Shown: positions 46,531 through 57,173 of the stretch, piece after piece | Numbering within the stretch: the stretch's first letter is position 1 | Layout: each line of letters begins with the position of its first letter | Source of the DNA: Candidatus Nomurabacteria bacterium | Lineage (GTDB): Bacteria; Patescibacteriota; Minisyncoccia; Phycocordibacterales; UBA9973 | Assembly: GCA_943350445.1 (NCBI GenBank) | Contig: CALRAE010000001.1 | Span: 29,561-93,560, forward strand | Length of the DNA stretch: 64,000 bases | Direction of reading: 5' to 3' | Notes under the pieces: model-generated | Told to the model about the DNA's origin: nothing | The model's input: the letters and a program-made list of their open reading frames with translations, nothing else | Database searches by the model: none | Position numbers and translations under genes: made by a program

Positions 46531-47739
46531 ATGGAAACAAAAGGAATAAGAGCAAGTGTGGGTGCATCGTCTGGAGAGGATTCTTATACGGTTGGGGTAA
46601 ATGCGTGTCAGGATGCGATCGAGCAACTCGGAGATAAGAATCCTGATTTACTATTTGTTTTCTCTTCTATTAAATATGATCAAGAGAAAATGCTCGCTGG
46701 AGTGCGCTCGGTCGCTCCCGGCGCTCTTCTGGTTGGTTCTTCTACGTCGGGAGAGATTACGACAAATGGTCCACTCAAGGAAAGGTCTGTAGCTATTATG
46801 GCGATAAAATCACCAGAAATAAAGTATTATGTGGGTGTCGGACAACACATTATGGAAAATCCTCGCGAAGCAGGAAAATTCGCTGCTACAAAAGTTAAAG
46901 AGCAGGCGGGTGATACACTCAAAGCATTTTTGATGTTGCCAGACGTACTAGTGGGGAATGGCGCGGATATTGTCCGTGGTGTTTTAGATTCTCTTGGCGC
47001 CCACTTTCCTGTTGTTGGTGGGGCTTCAGGAGATGATTTCGAATTTAAAAAGACGTATCAGTATGTCAATGATAAAGTCTATTCAGGTTCCGTGGTGGGT
47101 CTAGGACTCTCTGGTAATTTCAAAATGGGTATCGGTGTGAAGCATGGTTGGATCCCTATAGGTGAGCCAATGAAAGTTACAAAATCAAAAGGAGCAGTTA
47201 TTAATGAGATTAATGGTCATCCAGCGGTCAAGATTTATGAAGATTATTTTGGAGAAGAAGAAACAAAGGTTTTAAGGACAGAAGTTTTAGCCAAGCTCGC
47301 CATTACTTATCCGCTTGGTATGAAAGCTCCTGGCAGTGATGAATTATTGATTCGAGACCCTCTAACGGTCGACGCCAATGGCTCAATCACTTGCGCTGCT
47401 GAAATCCCAGAAGGCTCAGAAATTCGTTTGATGATCGGTAGTCGTGAAGAAGCAGTTAAGGTGGCACAAATAGCAGCAGAGGATGCAGTCGCTCAATTGG
47501 ACGGCAGTTTACCTAAAGCAATCATTATCTTTAATTGTATCGCTCGCAATAAACTTTTCGGTGACAAATCTGGGGATGAAATAAACGCAATTCAGGAGGC
47601 AATAGGTAAGAATGTTCCTCTTATTGGCTTTTATACTTATGGAGAACAAGCTCCACTCGGAGGTGAAGTCAGAAACATAGAAAAATGTAATTCGGCTTTT
47701 CATAATGAAACCGTGGTGGTGTGTGTTTTAGCAGATTAG
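46531..47739 (+). CDS. FIST-domain sensor protein (FIST_N + FIST_C)
   Basis: 402 aa; C-terminal GFYTYGEQAPLGG typical of FIST_C; translationally coupled to the kinase. Confidence 0.65.
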   Translation: METKGIRASVGASSGEDSYTVGVNACQDAIEQLGDKNPDLLFVFSSIKYDQEKMLAGVRSVAPGALLVGSSTSGEITTNGPLKERSVAIMAIKSPEIKYYVGVGQHIMENPREAGKFAATKVKEQAGDTLKAFLMLPDVLVGNGADIVRGVLDSLGAHFPVVGGASGDDFEFKKTYQYVNDKVYSGSVVGLGLSGNFKMGIGVKHGWIPIGEPMKVTKSKGAVINEINGHPAVKIYEDYFGEEETKVLRTEVLAKLAITYPLGMKAPGSDELLIRDPLTVDANGSITCAAEIPEGSEIRLMIGSREEAVKVAQIAAEDAVAQLDGSLPKAIIIFNCIARNKLFGDKSGDEINAIQEAIGKNVPLIGFYTYGEQAPLGGEVRNIEKCNSAFHNETVVVCVLAD

Positions 47740-47740
47740 C

Positions 47741-48658
47741 ATGATAAATGTTACAGCAAAAAAGAGGGGTTTGAGGGATTTTTTAAAAAGCTTATTATGG
47801 AAACTTAATATTCGAGTATTTTTCTTGCCAGAAGTTGAAGAGATGGAGAGAAAACTTGCCAAATTAGAGCAAATTACAATTGAATACAACACCAGCATCA
47901 AGCTTTTAATTAGGCGAGACCTTGAACTCTCCAGGGCCAATGAAAAACTGCAAAATCTTGATGAAGTTAAATCAAATTTTATATCTGTTGTGGCTCACCA
48001 ACTCCGAACACCACTCTCTGGCATCAAATGGACTCTATCAATGCTCATAAATGGAGATTTGGGTCAATTAAATAATGATCAAAAGACCTTTATAATGAAA
48101 AGCTATGAGAGTAATACTCGGATGATCACATTGGTGAACGATATGTTGGTCGCCGATGGGATTCAGTCTGGGCGGGTACACTTTGGATTTAAACATATAG
48201 ATATTATTGATTTAATGGATAATGTTTTATTTGATATAAGTCCGCAAGCCTTGAAAAGAAAAATTTCTATTATATATAAAAACAAGTTTGAGAATCTACC
48301 AAAGGTATATGTTGACCCAGAGATGCTTCGTGCAGTTATACAAAACTTGCTGGAAAACGCTATTAAATATATAATAGAAGGGGGAAGGATTGAGATAGAT
48401 GTCAATAAAGAAAGTGACTACTTAGTTGTCTCTATTTCTGATAATGGTATAGGTATACCTAAAGATCAAGCGAAAGATGTGTTTGAAAAGTTTTTTAGAG
48501 CAAGTAACGCCATAAAGTATGAGACTGATGGCTCAGGGCTTGGTTTATATATCGCAAAAACTATTATCGAAAAAAATGGTGGAAGAATTTGGTTTAATAG
48601 TGTGGAGGGAAAAGGAACAACTTTTTATTTTACAGTTCGATTGGAAGAAAACATTTAA
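47741..48658 (+). CDS. cytoplasmic sensor histidine kinase (HisKA + HATPase_c)
   Basis: H-box VAHQLRTPL; N, G1 (DNGIGIP) and G2 (GSGLGLYIAK) boxes; no TM. Confidence 0.85.
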   Translation: MINVTAKKRGLRDFLKSLLWKLNIRVFFLPEVEEMERKLAKLEQITIEYNTSIKLLIRRDLELSRANEKLQNLDEVKSNFISVVAHQLRTPLSGIKWTLSMLINGDLGQLNNDQKTFIMKSYESNTRMITLVNDMLVADGIQSGRVHFGFKHIDIIDLMDNVLFDISPQALKRKISIIYKNKFENLPKVYVDPEMLRAVIQNLLENAIKYIIEGGRIEIDVNKESDYLVVSISDNGIGIPKDQAKDVFEKFFRASNAIKYETDGSGLGLYIAKTIIEKNGGRIWFNSVEGKGTTFYFTVRLEENI

Positions 48659-48660
48659 TC

Positions 48661-49485
48661 ATGAAAAAAATACTAATAATCGAAGATGATTTATTTTTAG
48701 GGGATGCATTAAGTCAAAAATTAATAGCTGAAGGTTTTGAAGTGAGCCTCGCTGTAGATGGTTTAAAGGGATACGAAAAAATAAAATCTTTTAAACCAGA
48801 TTTAGTGTTGCTCGATATTATTTTACCGACGATGAATGGTTATGAGATTTTGGAGGCTAAACAAAAGGATGCTTCTATTTCTAATATCCCAGTTATTATT
48901 GTATCTAACTCTGGTCAACCTGTTGAGATTAATCGCGCACTTTCACTTGGGGTCAAAGATTATTTAGTCAAAGCTCAGTTTGATCCAGAAGAGGTTTTGG
49001 TTAAAGTACGATCTCAGTTTAGAGAAGACAATGAGGAAATTTCATCTAACTTAGTTCAGTCCTTAGAGGGTATGATAAATAAAAAAATGACTACAGCCGA
49101 TCTTGAAGGCAAGAGAGTTATGTGGGTTGAGGATGACCAATTTCTTAATGACATTATTTCACGCAAACTTGCTCTTACTAAATGCACTTTTTTTCATGCG
49201 AGTGAAGGTGAAGAAGCTTTAAAACTTATAAATACAGAAATTCCTGATATTATAATGCTCGATATTATCCTTTCTGGTATAGATGGTTTTGAAATTTTAC
49301 GTAGAATAAAGAGTGATCCAAAAATTAAGCATATACCCGTCATTCTCCTGTCTAATCTGGGCCAAGCGAGTGATATTGAAAAAGGTAAAAGCCTTGGGGC
49401 TGCGCGTTTTATGGTCAAAGCGACTGTTACACCCAATGAAATCATAGATGCAATAAAAGAGGTGTTGAATAAAGATAAAAAATAA
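48661..49485 (+). CDS. response regulator with two tandem receiver domains and no output domain
   Basis: Two REC domains, each with D-D...D(phospho-Asp)...K pattern (LLDIILP and MLDIILSGIDG). Confidence 0.8.
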   Translation: MKKILIIEDDLFLGDALSQKLIAEGFEVSLAVDGLKGYEKIKSFKPDLVLLDIILPTMNGYEILEAKQKDASISNIPVIIVSNSGQPVEINRALSLGVKDYLVKAQFDPEEVLVKVRSQFREDNEEISSNLVQSLEGMINKKMTTADLEGKRVMWVEDDQFLNDIISRKLALTKCTFFHASEGEEALKLINTEIPDIIMLDIILSGIDGFEILRRIKSDPKIKHIPVILLSNLGQASDIEKGKSLGAARFMVKATVTPNEIIDAIKEVLNKDKK

Positions 49486-49619
49486 GAGTGATATAAGGGT
49501 TTTTTGTAAAACATGCTATAATTACATGGTCGATCATTATAAACTTTTTAACTTAATTTGTTTATGATTAATGGAGACGGACACTAAAAAATATTTGTTT
49601 TCTTTTTAAAAAAGACGGC

Positions 49620-50855
49620 ATGAGCTGTCTTTTTTATGTTATTATGCTATCGATGAATAAATTGGCTCTGAAAAAAAATACCTGTTCTTATTGTGGAGAA
49701 TCTCCCATAAATCACTATTTTGCATTTCTTGAAAGCGCGATTTTTTTTAATCTTGATAATCACGTAAAAAAATTTATAAAATATGTCCCATCTTTTGTGA
49801 AAGATTTTGTTGATTTAGTTCCTGAATTTTTATTTAAAACATTGGTTTTTGTAAAAATAGCCAAATTCTCCAATGATATTGATAAGGCCAACACATTTCG
49901 TTCAAGAATTATTTGGGAAGAAGCAAAAAAAAGAGATATATTGATGGAGCAAGTTATATTTTTAGGTAAACCGTTAGACCAGTATCGGGCGCTACTGAAG
50001 ATTAAAAACAAAAGTAAGTATTACTACTTTGAAAGTATTCCTATTCGGCCAGAATTTCTTGATAAACATATTTCCTGGGATGATAAGGTGGTAATGAAGC
50101 AAGAATTCAAGAAATATAAAATTCCGGTGCCTGACTATGTAGAGTTGTCTGCACTTCTATTGCCCAGTCTAAAGAAACTTGAAAAGATATTTGCTAATAT
50201 TAAAAAACCAATAATTGTTAAGCCACGGGTCGGTTCGCGTGGTCGGCACACTGTTACTCATATTAATGATTTATTGCAGTTTCGTATGGGTATCACCATC
50301 GCACGGAAGATATGTTCACAGTTGATTGTGGAAGAACATCTTTATGGAGATGTCTGTCGTGCAACTGTTATCGGGGATAAGTTGATGGGTTTTTATCGAG
50401 GTAGCTTGCCGCAAATAGTCGGTGATGGGCAAAGGACAATAAAACAATTAATTGATCAAAAAAATAAAGAAAAAATTTATAAATATCATATTCGTATGGA
50501 TGATGAACTCCATGATCATATAAAAAGATTGGGTTGGGGGATAGAAGATGTACTAACATTAGGATTAAATATTTCTCTTTCTCATAGGCGAGGTCAGTTG
50601 TTTGGTGGAGCAACATCTGAGATGATTGATGAACTTCATCCAAGCTTTATTCCAATTTTTGAAAAAGCTGCCAGGGTTATGGATGTATCGGTCGTTGGTT
50701 TTGATGCTATTATTCCGGACCCAACAAAAGACGCTAGCTCACAATCTTGGGGGATTATAGAGTGCAACACGTTACCTTTTATAGATATGCATTATTATGC
50801 TTTAGAAGGAAAGCCAAAAAATATCGCAGGAGCTATTTGGGACATGTGGAACTAG
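49620..50855 (+). CDS. ATP-grasp ligase (cyanophycin-synthetase-N-terminal/RimK-like)
   Basis: IVKPRVGSRGRHT, EEHLYGDVCRATVIGDKL, IVGDGQRTIKQLI, GIIECNTLPFIDMH match ATP-grasp motifs. Confidence 0.5.
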   Translation: MSCLFYVIMLSMNKLALKKNTCSYCGESPINHYFAFLESAIFFNLDNHVKKFIKYVPSFVKDFVDLVPEFLFKTLVFVKIAKFSNDIDKANTFRSRIIWEEAKKRDILMEQVIFLGKPLDQYRALLKIKNKSKYYYFESIPIRPEFLDKHISWDDKVVMKQEFKKYKIPVPDYVELSALLLPSLKKLEKIFANIKKPIIVKPRVGSRGRHTVTHINDLLQFRMGITIARKICSQLIVEEHLYGDVCRATVIGDKLMGFYRGSLPQIVGDGQRTIKQLIDQKNKEKIYKYHIRMDDELHDHIKRLGWGIEDVLTLGLNISLSHRRGQLFGGATSEMIDELHPSFIPIFEKAARVMDVSVVGFDAIIPDPTKDASSQSWGIIECNTLPFIDMHYYALEGKPKNIAGAIWDMWN

Positions 50856-51508
50856 ACCGAAGTGGTGGTGGGTTTATTTAAAAACAATTCCCATTCTTTT
50901 TTGAATAAGAATTTACAAGTTTCAAAAATTGTATAAGTAATAAAATAAGCTGCTAAAACGTCTATCGAATAGTGTATATGCCCAAGTAGCACGACTATCG
51001 CAAAAGTTATAGAAAATCCCAAGAAGATTGTTCTAATTGTTTTTTGTTTCCAAAACATTAAAGCCAAAAGAAAAGGTAATCCAGTGTGTCCAGAAAAGAA
51101 AAGATCATTGCCGGTAAAAATTCCGGTAAACAGGGGGCTATTAAAAAAAGATGATTCTATGACTATACTAGTTGGGAAGGCGCTAATGTGTGTGAGGATG
51201 ACAAAGAGTGAGCGTATCAAAGTAAAAAGAGCAATGCTTTTCATAGCAAAAGGTAGACGTTTTGGTTCTGCAAATCCAATGAATAATCCTATAAACAACA
51301 ACAGCACGGATCCATACACAAAAATGCCACCTACGTCATAAACCCTTATGTTGCTGAGTATTAAATCAGTTACGGGAGTGCTGGGTAGATTGTTTACATA
51401 GCCACTTATGTAGAATTGCATAGCTAAGCTAACTATCAATAAAAGTAGTCCACCAAAAAAAGATATAAGGAAATTTTTATCAGTAAAATAAGTTTTATAT
51501 AATTGCAT
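50852..51508 (-). CDS. PAP2-superfamily-like membrane protein
   Basis: 218 aa, 5-6 TM; FSGHTG and LGHIHYSIDVL resemble PAP2_C motifs. Confidence 0.35.
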   Translation of the reverse strand: MQLYKTYFTDKNFLISFFGGLLLLIVSLAMQFYISGYVNNLPSTPVTDLILSNIRVYDVGGIFVYGSVLLLFIGLFIGFAEPKRLPFAMKSIALFTLIRSLFVILTHISAFPTSIVIESSFFNSPLFTGIFTGNDLFFSGHTGLPFLLALMFWKQKTIRTIFLGFSITFAIVVLLGHIHYSIDVLAAYFITYTIFETCKFLFKKEWELFLNKPTTTSV

Positions 51509-51534
51509 ATGGTTATTGTATCAAATTAGTCTTT

Positions 51535-52347
51535 TTATGCAAAGATATTTTTCTTTAGAAAAGATTCTATCGCTTTGGACATTTCTTTTGCGGCATTGTG
51601 GGCGGTATTGTGATCAATGTTTTTTATACTTTTGAATTTTGAATTTTGTATCTCCTTGGACATTTTTATGGCCATTTTCAATGGCACCATGGTGTCTTTT
51701 TCGCCATGGATGATCAGAGTTGGCACATTTATTTTCTGTAGTGAATAATTTTGGGCGGGTATAAGAGATTGTCTTAGTGTATAGAAATGCACCCTAGGTG
51801 TCGTATTTATCATGTCTGCCAAGTTCCTTCTGATACTCCAATCAGTTGAATTTATGTGTTTGCTGTAGTCTACATGACCACGAGGTTTAGGATTAAAAGG
51901 TAATAAGCCCAGAATAAATGTCGAGATCTTCAAGATTGGTTTTAATATTTTACCTACAAATCCAGTATTTAGATAAACTTCAGGTGAAGTAAATATGATT
52001 GCAGTAACACTTTCTCTATATAATTTTATATATTCTATACCAATGAGTGCACCAAAGGAGTTGCCAATTAAAACAAATTTTTTAATATTCAAATGTGTGA
52101 TTAGGTCATGAAGGTCGTTGGCAAAATTTCCTATCTCGTAGTCCGAATATTTAGGAAATTTCTTTGATTTACCATGTCCTCGTATATCGTAAGTTAAGAC
52201 ATTATATTTATTCTCAAATATTTTCTCATAAGGTAGCCATGCAGAAGAAGAACCAGCAGCGCCGTGCACAAAAACCAGAGTTGGTCTATTTGGCCTAAAT
52301 TCATTCTTTCTGTAATATATTTTGTTTTCAAAAAGATATTCTTGCAT
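51535..52347 (-). CDS. alpha/beta hydrolase
   Basis: 270 aa; HGAAGS oxyanion region and GNSFG nucleophile elbow. Confidence 0.75.
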   Translation of the reverse strand: MQEYLFENKIYYRKNEFRPNRPTLVFVHGAAGSSSAWLPYEKIFENKYNVLTYDIRGHGKSKKFPKYSDYEIGNFANDLHDLITHLNIKKFVLIGNSFGALIGIEYIKLYRESVTAIIFTSPEVYLNTGFVGKILKPILKISTFILGLLPFNPKPRGHVDYSKHINSTDWSIRRNLADMINTTPRVHFYTLRQSLIPAQNYSLQKINVPTLIIHGEKDTMVPLKMAIKMSKEIQNSKFKSIKNIDHNTAHNAAKEMSKAIESFLKKNIFA

Positions 52348-53534
52348 TATTTTTTATTTTTTAGAGCTGAATGATAAACTTCCTCTAGTAAGGCAATACT
52401 TTTGTGTATATCATAAGCTTGGCTTTTTTCAAGACTAACTTCACCAAATCTTTTTCTTAGACCAGCATCCTTTATTAATTTTAGAGCTTGGTGTGCTAAA
52501 TCTGCGTGATCTTTTGCTGTAAATAAAAATCCATTACCATCTACAAAATATCTCGATGCGCTCATTTGTGCATCAGAGACTATGACTGGTTTACCACAAG
52601 CCATCGCTTCGAGTACTACCATGCCTTCGAGTTCTGCGAGTGATGGCAGGATAAATATGTCGCTTGCATTATATGCCAAGATTTTATCTTCTTCACTCAC
52701 TAGTCCTAAAAATGTGACATGTTTTTGAACATCGAGCTTCTCGGCAAGCTTTTCAAGCTTTGTTCTTTGGTGTCCTCCTCCGACTATCATTATGTGTGTA
52801 TCTGGATGCTCTTTGATTATTTGTGGTATTGATTTAATGAGAGTGTCGATGGATTTTTCTGGGAACAATCTTCCCACGAAAAGTAGTTTAGTTGCTTTAA
52901 GAGGAATATTATAACGATGATAAAAATTTCCAATATCTAGAGGCTTAAATTCTTTTAAATTTATTCCGTTACTTATTACTGTAGAAGGTTGTTTTTTATG
53001 ATTTAACTTTTCTAATAGACCCCGAGCCATCTCGGTGGGATATATTAATGATTCAGCCTGAGTATATACCCAGCTTAGATATTTATTCCATAATCTATCA
53101 AGTGTCGGTCTTGTAACCTTCGGCATATTCATAAAGATATTTTCGGGTTGAGAATGGGAATGTGTCACCAACTTGATTCCGAGCGCACGAGCTGCCTGTA
53201 TTGCCACTATAGCTCCAGACATTGGCAGAATTATGTGTACTACATCTATTTTTTCTTCCTTAAAAACTTTTTTTAATTCGCCCACTGTCGGGAGGGCAGT
53301 GTGCCACCCTCCAGATTGTGGTAAGGGGATAGATCGGAAACGATACGCTTTTATCCCATTGTGCTCGCTATGACCCCTATGTTCTTTAGATCGGGCTCCG
53401 ATAAAAATAATATGATGACCACGTTCTTTAAGAAGTTGGGAAAATCGCATGGTCGAAACGACCACTCCTGATTTATTGCTACCAATAGGGTCACAAACCA
53501 TCGCTATATTAAGTTTCTTGTGATTTGTTTCCAT
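52347..53534 (-). CDS. glycosyltransferase family 4 (GT-B, group 1)
   Basis: 395 aa; C-terminal EGMVVLEAMACGKPVI motif. Confidence 0.8.
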   Translation of the reverse strand: METNHKKLNIAMVCDPIGSNKSGVVVSTMRFSQLLKERGHHIIFIGARSKEHRGHSEHNGIKAYRFRSIPLPQSGGWHTALPTVGELKKVFKEEKIDVVHIILPMSGAIVAIQAARALGIKLVTHSHSQPENIFMNMPKVTRPTLDRLWNKYLSWVYTQAESLIYPTEMARGLLEKLNHKKQPSTVISNGINLKEFKPLDIGNFYHRYNIPLKATKLLFVGRLFPEKSIDTLIKSIPQIIKEHPDTHIMIVGGGHQRTKLEKLAEKLDVQKHVTFLGLVSEEDKILAYNASDIFILPSLAELEGMVVLEAMACGKPVIVSDAQMSASRYFVDGNGFLFTAKDHADLAHQALKLIKDAGLRKRFGEVSLEKSQAYDIHKSIALLEEVYHSALKNKK

Positions 53535-53550
53535 CTTCGATAAATTAATT

Positions 53551-54768
53551 TTATTGAGACTGTGTGGGAATATGCTTTCTCACCTCTTTAAACTTTTTGT
53601 TATATTTAATCGCTTGTTTGTATATCGCTAGATATTTCTCAATCATTTTTTCAATGCTGTGATTTTTTATTATTTGTAAGCTCTTTTTGCCCATATCCTC
53701 TCTCTTGTTTGCATTTACCATCATGTCATAAATTTCTTTGGCAAGGATATTGATGTCTCCAGGTTTAAAAAGTAATCCATTCACTTCATTCTTTATAAGG
53801 TGGGGTAACGCACCAGCGTTAACAGCTATTACTGGTAGTTCTGAGGCCATAGCTTCCATGACAGCTAGGCATTGGAGTTCAAACGGGCAAGCATTAATGA
53901 AGCAATCAGCGATAGTATAAAAGGCTGGCAGATCTTCATCAGACATAAATCCAGTAAAAAAAACATTGTCGCTGATACCCAGTTTCTTTACTTGTTTCTT
54001 TAGGCTATTTATTTCAAATCCACCCCCAACAATAGCTAGAGAAAAATCCACCTTCTTCATAGCTTTTGCGCTGGCTTCTATGATTTGCTCAACATGCTTT
54101 TCTGCTTCGAGGCGACCGACATACAATAATATCGGTTTATTTTCTTCGATATTAAAATGTCTACGTAAATACATACCATTATTTTTTGTATTAAATCTTT
54201 CTAGATCAACCCCATTCGTGATTGAGACCACTCTAATATCGAGTAGGGGGCGGATAATATTCGCGGCGATTTCTGTCGGTGTGGTGATGAATGGCACTTT
54301 ATTAAAAACTCTTGCGAAGTCATACCACATGAGCTCATTCACCAAACCAATAATTTTTTTAGGTAGGGGTAAATAATGAGTTAGATTGTCTGGCATAAAA
54401 TGGTTTGTCGCTACGATAGGGAAGCCCTGCTTTTTGGCTACCTTAAGCATGGCTCGGTTGATGGTGAAATGACCTTGCATATGAATCACATCTGGTTTGA
54501 ATTCTTTTAGAATTTTTTTCATTTGGGATTGAATGAAAAATGGATGCGGCAGGCGCATATCTTTTACTTTTTTTAAGATTTGCACTGAAGAAACACCGAA
54601 TACACGAATATTATTTTTTTTCTCATCTGTATTTTTCAAAAAACGTGATGGAGCAACCACCGCTACTTCATGACCCTCTGCTTTTTTGTATCGAGCGAGG
54701 CGTTGGGTAAAATAAGAACACCCATTCACGTCTGGATAATACATATCTGCCACAATAAGAATTTTCAT
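53551..54768 (-). CDS. glycosyltransferase family 4, diacylglycerol-glycosyltransferase-like
   Basis: 405 aa; N-terminal MKILIVADMYYPDVNG and C-terminal E-x7-E region. Confidence 0.75.
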   Translation of the reverse strand: MKILIVADMYYPDVNGCSYFTQRLARYKKAEGHEVAVVAPSRFLKNTDEKKNNIRVFGVSSVQILKKVKDMRLPHPFFIQSQMKKILKEFKPDVIHMQGHFTINRAMLKVAKKQGFPIVATNHFMPDNLTHYLPLPKKIIGLVNELMWYDFARVFNKVPFITTPTEIAANIIRPLLDIRVVSITNGVDLERFNTKNNGMYLRRHFNIEENKPILLYVGRLEAEKHVEQIIEASAKAMKKVDFSLAIVGGGFEINSLKKQVKKLGISDNVFFTGFMSDEDLPAFYTIADCFINACPFELQCLAVMEAMASELPVIAVNAGALPHLIKNEVNGLLFKPGDINILAKEIYDMMVNANKREDMGKKSLQIIKNHSIEKMIEKYLAIYKQAIKYNKKFKEVRKHIPTQSQ

Positions 54769-55313
54769 ATTTTTATACTTAACTTATATTTCTTCATCAA
54801 AACAAACAATAACACTACTAAGAGAATCACACTTGTGGTGGCCGCGTAATAGTCTAAATATTTTTCGATTACCATATAAGTGTGTCCAAAGAATATACCA
54901 ATGAGCAGCATTATAAAAGACTGTACTAAAGAAATGATCGTACATGTTTTGAAATATCTAAGATAATCTACGCGTGATGCACCAGCGGCGATCAATCCAG
55001 TGAATCCCACACCATGAGCAAGTTTAGATACTATGATTGCTTTTTTGTGATTGTCTTGGAAGTACAACCTTGCCTTCTCAAGCTTTTCATCGCTTATCTT
55101 AAAATAACCTAAGAATCTTTTTCCGAAGTATCCGATATAGTATACGATTGCATCACCTACCACGTCTCCAATTACCATTACAACATAGACTACAAAAGGA
55201 TTGAAAACTCCAAGCGTAACTAAAAATCCAGCCACCACAGCAATTATCGGCCCTTCAATTATCGAAAGAGGCACTAGAATGATATATTTATATGTGAGTA
55301 AAAGTTCGATCAT
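54765..55313 (-). CDS. DedA/SNARE-associated family membrane protein
   Basis: 182 aa; G-x-x-x-V/I re-entrant motifs typical of DedA. Confidence 0.7.
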   Translation of the reverse strand: MIELLLTYKYIILVPLSIIEGPIIAVVAGFLVTLGVFNPFVVYVVMVIGDVVGDAIVYYIGYFGKRFLGYFKISDEKLEKARLYFQDNHKKAIIVSKLAHGVGFTGLIAAGASRVDYLRYFKTCTIISLVQSFIMLLIGIFFGHTYMVIEKYLDYYAATTSVILLVVLLFVLMKKYKLSIKI

Positions 55314-55342
55314 TTAAGTTAATTAATACTAACACATTAGAA

Positions 55343-56020
55343 CTAATGCGCTATGGTGAAAGCGATGACTTTTTTTGCTCCATTTTGCTTTAGAATTTTC
55401 CTCGCTTCGTTTAATGTCGCACCTGTTGTGGTGATATCGTCTAGTAAAATTACATTTCTATTTTTCATGACTTCTTTATTTTTTATAGAGAATGAACCGG
55501 CGATATTTTTCAGTCTAATGCGCCTGTCTTTGATGCGAGCTTGATGTTCGGTATCTTTAGGTTTTATTAAAACATCAGTATGTAATTCAAAATTTTTATT
55601 TTCATCTATCTTGGCCAATTCTTTACAGATTAATTCTGTTTGGTTGTATCCACGCTCTCTACGTCTTTTAGAAGAAAGGGGGATTGGGATCAAAATAGGG
55701 TTATTATAATTTTCCATTACAGACAATTCTGAGAGTTCCTCTAATATTTTGCCATGCATTAGTTCGGCTAGTATTTGAGCTAGTCTTTTCTTACCCTTGT
55801 ATTTTATAAGCCACAGAGTCTTTTTGATTGGCGGATGACGATAGTCATAAAGTGGGAAAATCCATTTTGCACTTTCACGTTCTGCGATGGGGAAGTCACC
55901 TATGCATGTAATACATAAATCGGATCCTCGTTTCCCACAAGAGAGGCAGTTTGTGGGGAAAATAGTATTTAACATATTGCTCAATATAGTGTTAAATAAT
56001 GGCATATATGATATAATCAT
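55343..56020 (-). CDS. comF: ComF family phosphoribosyltransferase (competence protein F)
   Basis: N-terminal CxxC...CxxC zinc finger and C-terminal PRTase motif LLDDITTTGAT. Confidence 0.75.
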   Translation of the reverse strand: MIISYMPLFNTILSNMLNTIFPTNCLSCGKRGSDLCITCIGDFPIAERESAKWIFPLYDYRHPPIKKTLWLIKYKGKKRLAQILAELMHGKILEELSELSVMENYNNPILIPIPLSSKRRRERGYNQTELICKELAKIDENKNFELHTDVLIKPKDTEHQARIKDRRIRLKNIAGSFSIKNKEVMKNRNVILLDDITTTGATLNEARKILKQNGAKKVIAFTIAH

Positions 56021-56027
56021 AACATAG

Positions 56028-57173
56028 ATGGATAATCCGTTAAAAAAATTCTTCTCTAGTTTTAGTAACTTAGGAGGCGGTGCTGATAGTAGCGCCGTTG
56101 GTGTTGATATAGGTTCTTCTGCGATTAAGATTGTCGAGATTAAGGTTAAGCGAGGGAGGGCAATACTTGAAACCTATGGAGCAATATCCCTTGGTCCCTA
56201 TGACGGCCTCGATTTTGGACGTGTTGCAAATCTTTCAGTTGAAAAAACAGCTGAAGCGCTAAAAGAAGTTATTAAACAATCTGGAGCCACCACTTCATCT
56301 CCGGCTTTTTCTATTCCCGTCCAATCAAGTTTAATTTTCACTATAGACTTACCAGCTTCTGTGAAAGAAAGTGAGCTGGCATCTATAGTACCAACAGAAG
56401 CTCGCAAATATATTCCAGTACCGATCACTGAGGTTTCACTGGACTACTTCATGTTGCCTCAGAAAGAGTCTTCTTTTGAAGAAATGAATAGTTCTTCAAA
56501 TAATAATAGCGCTAGTGTTCCACAAAAAAAGTTAGACAAGACAAATGTTCTTGTGGTCGCTACACAAAATGACGCTATATCTAAATACCGTGCAATCATT
56601 TCTCAATGTTCTCTCTCTGCTTCTTTTTTTGAGATTGAAATATTTTCTTCAATTAGGGCAAATTTTGAACATGAACTCTCTCCGGTCTTGCTCATGGATT
56701 TTGGTGCATCACGAACCAAGCTTTCTGTTGTCGAATTTGGCATGGTGAGGAGTTACCATACGATAGAGCGCGGAGGCGCCGAGATTTCGCAATCCATCTC
56801 TCAATCGTTAAGTATTCCTTTCTCTGAGGCAGAAAAAATGAAAAAGGAATTTGGCCTTTTCGATAACCCAGTAGAAAAAAGTCTAGCTGATATTATCAGA
56901 ATTCACACGGATTATATTTTCTCTGAGACAAACAACGCATTGGCAGAATATGAAAAGAGATATAATAGGGCAATAAGCAAGGTGATATTTACTGGCGGCG
57001 GGTCTCTCTTAAAGGGGCTCAAGGAAGTGGCAGCAAATAATTTTAGAGTAGAGATAGAAGTCGGTTTGCCGTTCTCTAAGGTTAATGCTCCTGCATTTCT
57101 CGAAAAAGTTCTCGAAACCATGGGTGCTGAGTTTGCTGTTGCGCTTGGTTTAGCACTCAGAAAACTAAAATAA
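56028..57173 (+). CDS. pilM: type IV pilus assembly protein PilM
   Basis: 381 aa; actin-like ATPase fold motif GVDIGSSAIK. Confidence 0.85.
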   Translation: MDNPLKKFFSSFSNLGGGADSSAVGVDIGSSAIKIVEIKVKRGRAILETYGAISLGPYDGLDFGRVANLSVEKTAEALKEVIKQSGATTSSPAFSIPVQSSLIFTIDLPASVKESELASIVPTEARKYIPVPITEVSLDYFMLPQKESSFEEMNSSSNNNSASVPQKKLDKTNVLVVATQNDAISKYRAIISQCSLSASFFEIEIFSSIRANFEHELSPVLLMDFGASRTKLSVVEFGMVRSYHTIERGGAEISQSISQSLSIPFSEAEKMKKEFGLFDNPVEKSLADIIRIHTDYIFSETNNALAEYEKRYNRAISKVIFTGGGSLLKGLKEVAANNFRVEIEVGLPFSKVNAPAFLEKVLETMGAEFAVALGLALRKLK

